Below are positions 60,473 through 64,000 of a stretch of 64,000 nt of DNA, in pieces. This stretch comes from Vicinamibacteria bacterium (GTDB lineage Bacteria; Acidobacteriota; Vicinamibacteria; Marinacidobacterales; Marinacidobacteraceae). Below the pieces are notes generated by a model. The model saw only the letters and a list, made by a program, of their open reading frames with translations. It made no database searches and was not told where the DNA came from. The translations under genes and the position numbers were made by a program. The stretch covers positions 64,001 to 128,000 of the forward strand of contig CAXXLQ010000004.1 of the NCBI GenBank assembly GCA_963668695.2, given 5' to 3'. Each line of letters opens with the position of its first letter. Position 1 is the first letter of the stretch.

Positions 60473-60532
60473 CCTGCTCCACCCTGGCCTGCTCCACCCT
60501 GGCCTGCTCCACCCTGGCCTGCTCCACCCTGG
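60473..60532. repeat. 15-bp perfect tandem repeat x4
   Basis: cctgctccaccctgg four times. Confidence 0.9.
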
Positions 60533-60543
60533 AATCGGTCCCG

Positions 60544-60834
60544 TCAGACATGGCGCTGGGCATCCATTTTGGCGTGCAGAACCCGAACGATGACCAGACC
60601 CTCGGACCCCGGCAGATAGAACACGACATGCGAACGAAACTCGTACCGCCGCAACCCCGGTGCAAGGGATTCGGCACTTCGGCCTAGTCCGAGGTTGCCG
60701 ACCAAACGCTCACAGCACGCATGGAGCCCGTCGAAGTAGCTGCGCGCCTGTTCGAGTCCGAAGCGTCCCGCGGTGTATTCGAAAATCCCATCCAGGTCTG
60801 CCGCCGCGCGACGCGTCAGCCTATAGGCGGCCAT
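60544..60834 (-). CDS. parE: ParE/RelE family toxin
   Basis: YRLTRRAAADLDGIFEYT...FGLEQARSY, HVVFY and IVRVLH..MD motifs. Confidence 0.9.
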   Translation of the reverse strand: MAAYRLTRRAAADLDGIFEYTAGRFGLEQARSYFDGLHACCERLVGNLGLGRSAESLAPGLRRYEFRSHVVFYLPGSEGLVIVRVLHAKMDAQRHV

Positions 60835-61078
60835 CACGCCGAAGCCGCGCTTCGCCTTCCTCAGCAATCTGCGAGATCGTCCGATCGCTCATCCCGCTTT
60901 CCAGCCCTTCCTGGATCGCCGCCTGGAGGACATGGAATGAGGCATCACTCTCGCGGTCGCGCCGGATCAGGTCGCGGATGTATTCGCTGTCGTTGGTGAA
61001 GCGACCGGCCGCGATCTGGGTCTTCACCCACTGATCCTGTTGACTGGTCAGTGTGATGGTCTTCCGGACTGTGGGCAT
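60821..61078 (-). CDS. parD: ParD (CC2985-like) antitoxin
   Basis: KTITLT...WVKTQIAAGRFTNDSEYIRDLIR and IQEGLESG motifs. Confidence 0.9.
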   Translation of the reverse strand: MPTVRKTITLTSQQDQWVKTQIAAGRFTNDSEYIRDLIRRDRESDASFHVLQAAIQEGLESGMSDRTISQIAEEGEARLRRDGRL

Positions 61079-61122
61079 GTACGAGGTCTCCCGAGATTCG
61101 CAGTGGCTATTCCAAGAAGCGC

Positions 61123-61139
61123 ATTATCGCACCGATAAT
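61123..61139. promoter_or_regulatory. Palindromic operator upstream of parDE
   Basis: ATTATCG-CAC-CGATAAT inverted repeat in an AT-rich patch. Confidence 0.6.
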
Positions 61140-61512
61140 CATCATTTTCATGTCGAAATCGGATCGGGCCGGGGATGAAGTACGCAACGACACTATAGGC
61201 CTCGCCCGCCTCCGGCGGGCGAGGCCGGCCTCCACCGGGAGAAACGCCCATGATCGGGTCCTCCCGTACACCCCGCCTGGTACGAAAAAGGTGGAGCGGC
61301 ACTCACATTGGCAGAGCCCGGCATCATCGGCGCTGGTTTCGCGCTCCCGCGCGATGCCGGCCCCCACCGGGAGAACTGGCCGGAGGTCGGCGTTCCCGTG
61401 CCTGCGCGCCATCCGCTCTTTCGGGGGCCCGGCGCGACTGGATTTTCACAGCAACTGGCCGGCGGTCCCGTGCCCACGCGCCTCCCCGACAGGCGCCGCG
61501 CCCTCCAGGCCG

Positions 61513-62700
61513 TCACCCGAGGTCGAGCGCTGCCGGCGAACACAGCGTCCAGCGTTCCCGGATGCGAACCGGTTGCTCTGGCGCGGTGAGGGAAACGACC
61601 TGTCCGGGCTGCCAGTTCGGGTCGGAGATCCGGTCGAGCGGGGCCAGGCGGTCGTGGCGGGGCGAGCCCAGCTTGACCTCGACCGGCCAGACTCTGCCGG
61701 CGTGCTCGATCAGGAAGTCAATTTCCTGGCCGTCGCGGGTGCGCCAGAAATAGATGTCCACCTCGTGCGCCCGATGGCGAAACTGCCGGAGGATTTCCGA
61801 AAACACCTGGGTCTCGAACAGGGCGCCGGCCATCGGCCCGAGACGCGCCTGCTCTGTGCTCCTCCAACCGCCGAGCCAGGCGGCGAGACCGGCATCCAGG
61901 AAGTAGAGCTTCGGATTCTTGGTCATCCGGCGCGTCCGGTTCGTGAAGTACGGAAAGAGCAATCGGATGAGAAAACTGTCTTCCAGCAGGCTGAGCCATT
62001 CCCGAACCGTTGTCGGGGACACGCCAGCGTCCCGCCCCAAATCGTGGTAGTTCACGACCTGGCCGGTGCGGAGCGCGGCGAGCCGCACGAACGTTTCAAA
62101 CTCCCGGCGTTTGCCGATTCTCAGCAGTTCGCGAACATCCCGCTCGATATAGGTCTGCACGTAGGAGGCAAGATAGAGATCGCGGGTGGCCCCATCCCCG
62201 GTTCCGGACAACCGCGGGAAGCCGGTCTCGAGCATTCTGCCGAAGTAGTCGCCGGGTGACAGCAGGTGGGGCAACCTCTTTTCCTCATCCGAGAGCCCGA
62301 GCAGGTTCAGGATCGCGACCCGGCCGGCCAGGGTCTCGGTCACGCCTTCCATCACCCGGAAGTTCTGTGAGCCGCTTAACCGGATGGCGCCGGGTTCGAG
62401 GCCACCCTCGTCCACCATCCGCTTGATGGGGCTGAGCAGCTTCGGCGCATACTGGATTTCATCAATTACGAACGGCGGTCTGAGGTCGCGCATGAACAGA
62501 ACCGGATCCCGATTGGCGCGCTCGCGGACGTCAAGGTCGTCCAGGTTGGCATAGGTGTGGCTTCCGGAGCACCGATGGAGCAGCGAACTCTTGCCGACCT
62601 GTCGCGGCCCGAGCAGCAACCACACCGGGAAGAGCCGCAGCTGCTCGGCCGGAGCGTCGAGTACCGGTTGAAGGGTCCGGTGGATCCAGTCGAGCGGCAT
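61513..62700 (-). CDS. ATP-binding protein, AAA_14 + DUF4143
   Basis: GPRQVGKS, IDEIQ, LSGS, ETLAGR, TYIERD, KLYFLDAGL, EIDF and EVK motifs. Confidence 0.92.
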   Translation of the reverse strand: MPLDWIHRTLQPVLDAPAEQLRLFPVWLLLGPRQVGKSSLLHRCSGSHTYANLDDLDVRERANRDPVLFMRDLRPPFVIDEIQYAPKLLSPIKRMVDEGGLEPGAIRLSGSQNFRVMEGVTETLAGRVAILNLLGLSDEEKRLPHLLSPGDYFGRMLETGFPRLSGTGDGATRDLYLASYVQTYIERDVRELLRIGKRREFETFVRLAALRTGQVVNYHDLGRDAGVSPTTVREWLSLLEDSFLIRLLFPYFTNRTRRMTKNPKLYFLDAGLAAWLGGWRSTEQARLGPMAGALFETQVFSEILRQFRHRAHEVDIYFWRTRDGQEIDFLIEHAGRVWPVEVKLGSPRHDRLAPLDRISDPNWQPGQVVSLTAPEQPVRIRERWTLCSPAALDLG

Positions 62701-62827
62701 ATGTGCAGTTTACTTTGGATCTGCCGCTCACGAGGATCAAGAAGATCTCGCGCTTCCCGCCAGCGGCGAATGGCGGCCTGGAGGCCGGCGGTCCCTTGCC
62801 GGCGCGCCGTACCGGGGCCGGCGGTCC

Positions 62828-62970
62828 CTAGCAGCCGGTGGTGAAACCCAGGCGGCCCAGTTCTCCCGGTGGGGGCTCCTCCCTCACGCGCCTTGTCAGC
62901 CGGGCCCCCACCGGGAGAACTGGGCCTCGCCGCCCTCGGCGCTCACCCGGGTTCCGCCACCGGCTGCTAG
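62828..62970. mobile_element. Internally deleted MITE copy with CTAG duplication and two 20-mer inserts
   Basis: CTAG-CAGCCGGTGGTGAAACCC ... GGGTTCCGCCACCGGCTG-CTAG. Confidence 0.85.
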
Positions 62971-64000
62971 CGCTCGGTCTCGATCCAGCGGCGGATGACG
63001 GTGTCCAGCACCGGGAGGGTGACCGGGCCGTTCAGCAGCACCGCGTCGTGGAAGGCGCGGATGTCGAAGGCGTCGCCAAGCTCGGCCTCGGCGAGGGCGC
63101 GCATCTCGCGGAGCTTGAGTTCCCCCATCTTGTAGCCGAGGGCCTGCCCCGGCCACGCGATGTAGCGGTCGGTCTCGGTGGTGATCTCGTGGATGGAGAG
63201 GGCGGTGTTGGCGGCCAGGTAGTCGAGGGTCGCTTGCCTCGTCCAGCCGAGGGCGTGCATCCCGGTGTCCACCACCAACCGGCAGGCCCTCCACATCTCG
63301 TAGGTGAGCCTGCCGAAGTTGTTGTAAGGGTCCTCGTAGAAGCCGACCTCGAGTCCGAGCCGCTCCGAATAGAGCCCCCAACCTTCGCTGTAGGCGCCGA
63401 TCCCGAAGTAGCGGCGGAACTCGGGCAGGTCGAGTTCCTTGGCCAGGGAGATCTGGAGGTGGTGGCCGGGGACCGCCTCGTGGAGCGAGAGCGACTCCAG
63501 GGTGTAGAGCGGCCGGCTGTCGAGCTGGTAGGTGTTGACCCAGTAACGTCCGGGCTGGGTTGAAGTGAGCGCCGCCCCGACGTAGCGGCCGCCGGTGTAC
63601 TTCGGGGCGATGGCGTCCGGGACCGGCTCGACGGTGTAGGGCTGGCGCGGGAGGCGCCGGAAGAGCCGCGGCAGCGCTCCGTCCATGCGCTTCACGATCC
63701 ACATCGCCTCCCGCAGCAACTCTTCGGGGGTGTCCACGTAGAAGCGGGGATCGGTGCGCAGGAACTCGAGGAACTCGGCGAAGGTCCCCTCGAACCCGGT
63801 GGCGCGCATCGCCTCTTCCATTTCGGCCCGGATGCGCTCCACCTCGGCGAGGCCGATTTGGTGGACCTCCTCGGCGGTCTGGTCGAGGGTGGTGAAGCGG
63901 CCGATCAGGAACGCGTAGTACTCGCGCCCGTTCGGCAGCTCGGAGGCGCCGATGCTCGTTCGGGCGGCGGGCCGGTATTCGTCCTCGAAGAAGTCGAGAA
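62967..64000 (-). CDS. DUF885 family protein (5' part beyond window edge)
   Basis: HEAVPGHHLQ, AYSEGWGLYSE, WRACRLVVDTGMH, PGQALGYKMG and FDIRAFHD motifs. Confidence 0.92.
   Translation of the reverse strand, partial: LDFFEDEYRPAARTSIGASELPNGREYYAFLIGRFTTLDQTAEEVHQIGLAEVERIRAEMEEAMRATGFEGTFAEFLEFLRTDPRFYVDTPEELLREAMWIVKRMDGALPRLFRRLPRQPYTVEPVPDAIAPKYTGGRYVGAALTSTQPGRYWVNTYQLDSRPLYTLESLSLHEAVPGHHLQISLAKELDLPEFRRYFGIGAYSEGWGLYSERLGLEVGFYEDPYNNFGRLTYEMWRACRLVVDTGMHALGWTRQATLDYLAANTALSIHEITTETDRYIAWPGQALGYKMGELKLREMRALAEAELGDAFDIRAFHDAVLLNGPVTLPVLDTVIRRWIETER

Noticed and set aside
61228-61244. Additional 20-mer copy (gcctccaccgggagaa)
   Set aside because: Partial and mismatched, so it was not counted; it does follow a perfect hairpin at 61198-61226
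1-64000. tRNA, rRNA, prophage, integrase or transposase genes
   Set aside because: None recognised by eye; a covariance-model and HMM scan would be needed to exclude them fully

Overview
High-GC bacterial chromosomal window. The gene content (DUF1501, DUF1592/DUF1552/ankyrin cassettes, NHL/PAL-like and VPS10-like exported proteins, DUF885, S9 peptidase) resembles Acidobacteriota or related lineages; this is inference only. About 40 credible CDSs are present, including two tandem copies of a DUF1592-DUF1552-ankyrin cassette, four type II toxin-antitoxin pairs, acs/pepA/trkA/trkH x2/lhgO/xth, and a desaturase + condensation-like acyltransferase + GH3 mini-operon. The most unusual signal is non-coding, a layered set of repeats: (i) about 11 copies of a ~190-240 bp MITE with CAGCC(T/G/C)GTGG terminal inverted repeats and YTAR target duplications; (ii) a REP-like hairpin family; (iii) a 1.4 kb array of 53-bp structured units; (iv) a nearly invariant 20-mer, GCCCCCACCGGGAGAACTGG, in 22 hand-counted copies. 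The 20-mer occurs only inside the other repeats, at several different positions and in both orientations, and usually replaces 1-3 bp relative to empty copies. No transposase, RAYT, reverse transcriptase, cas, rRNA or tRNA gene was recognised. All family assignments come from motif recognition by eye, not from database searches.
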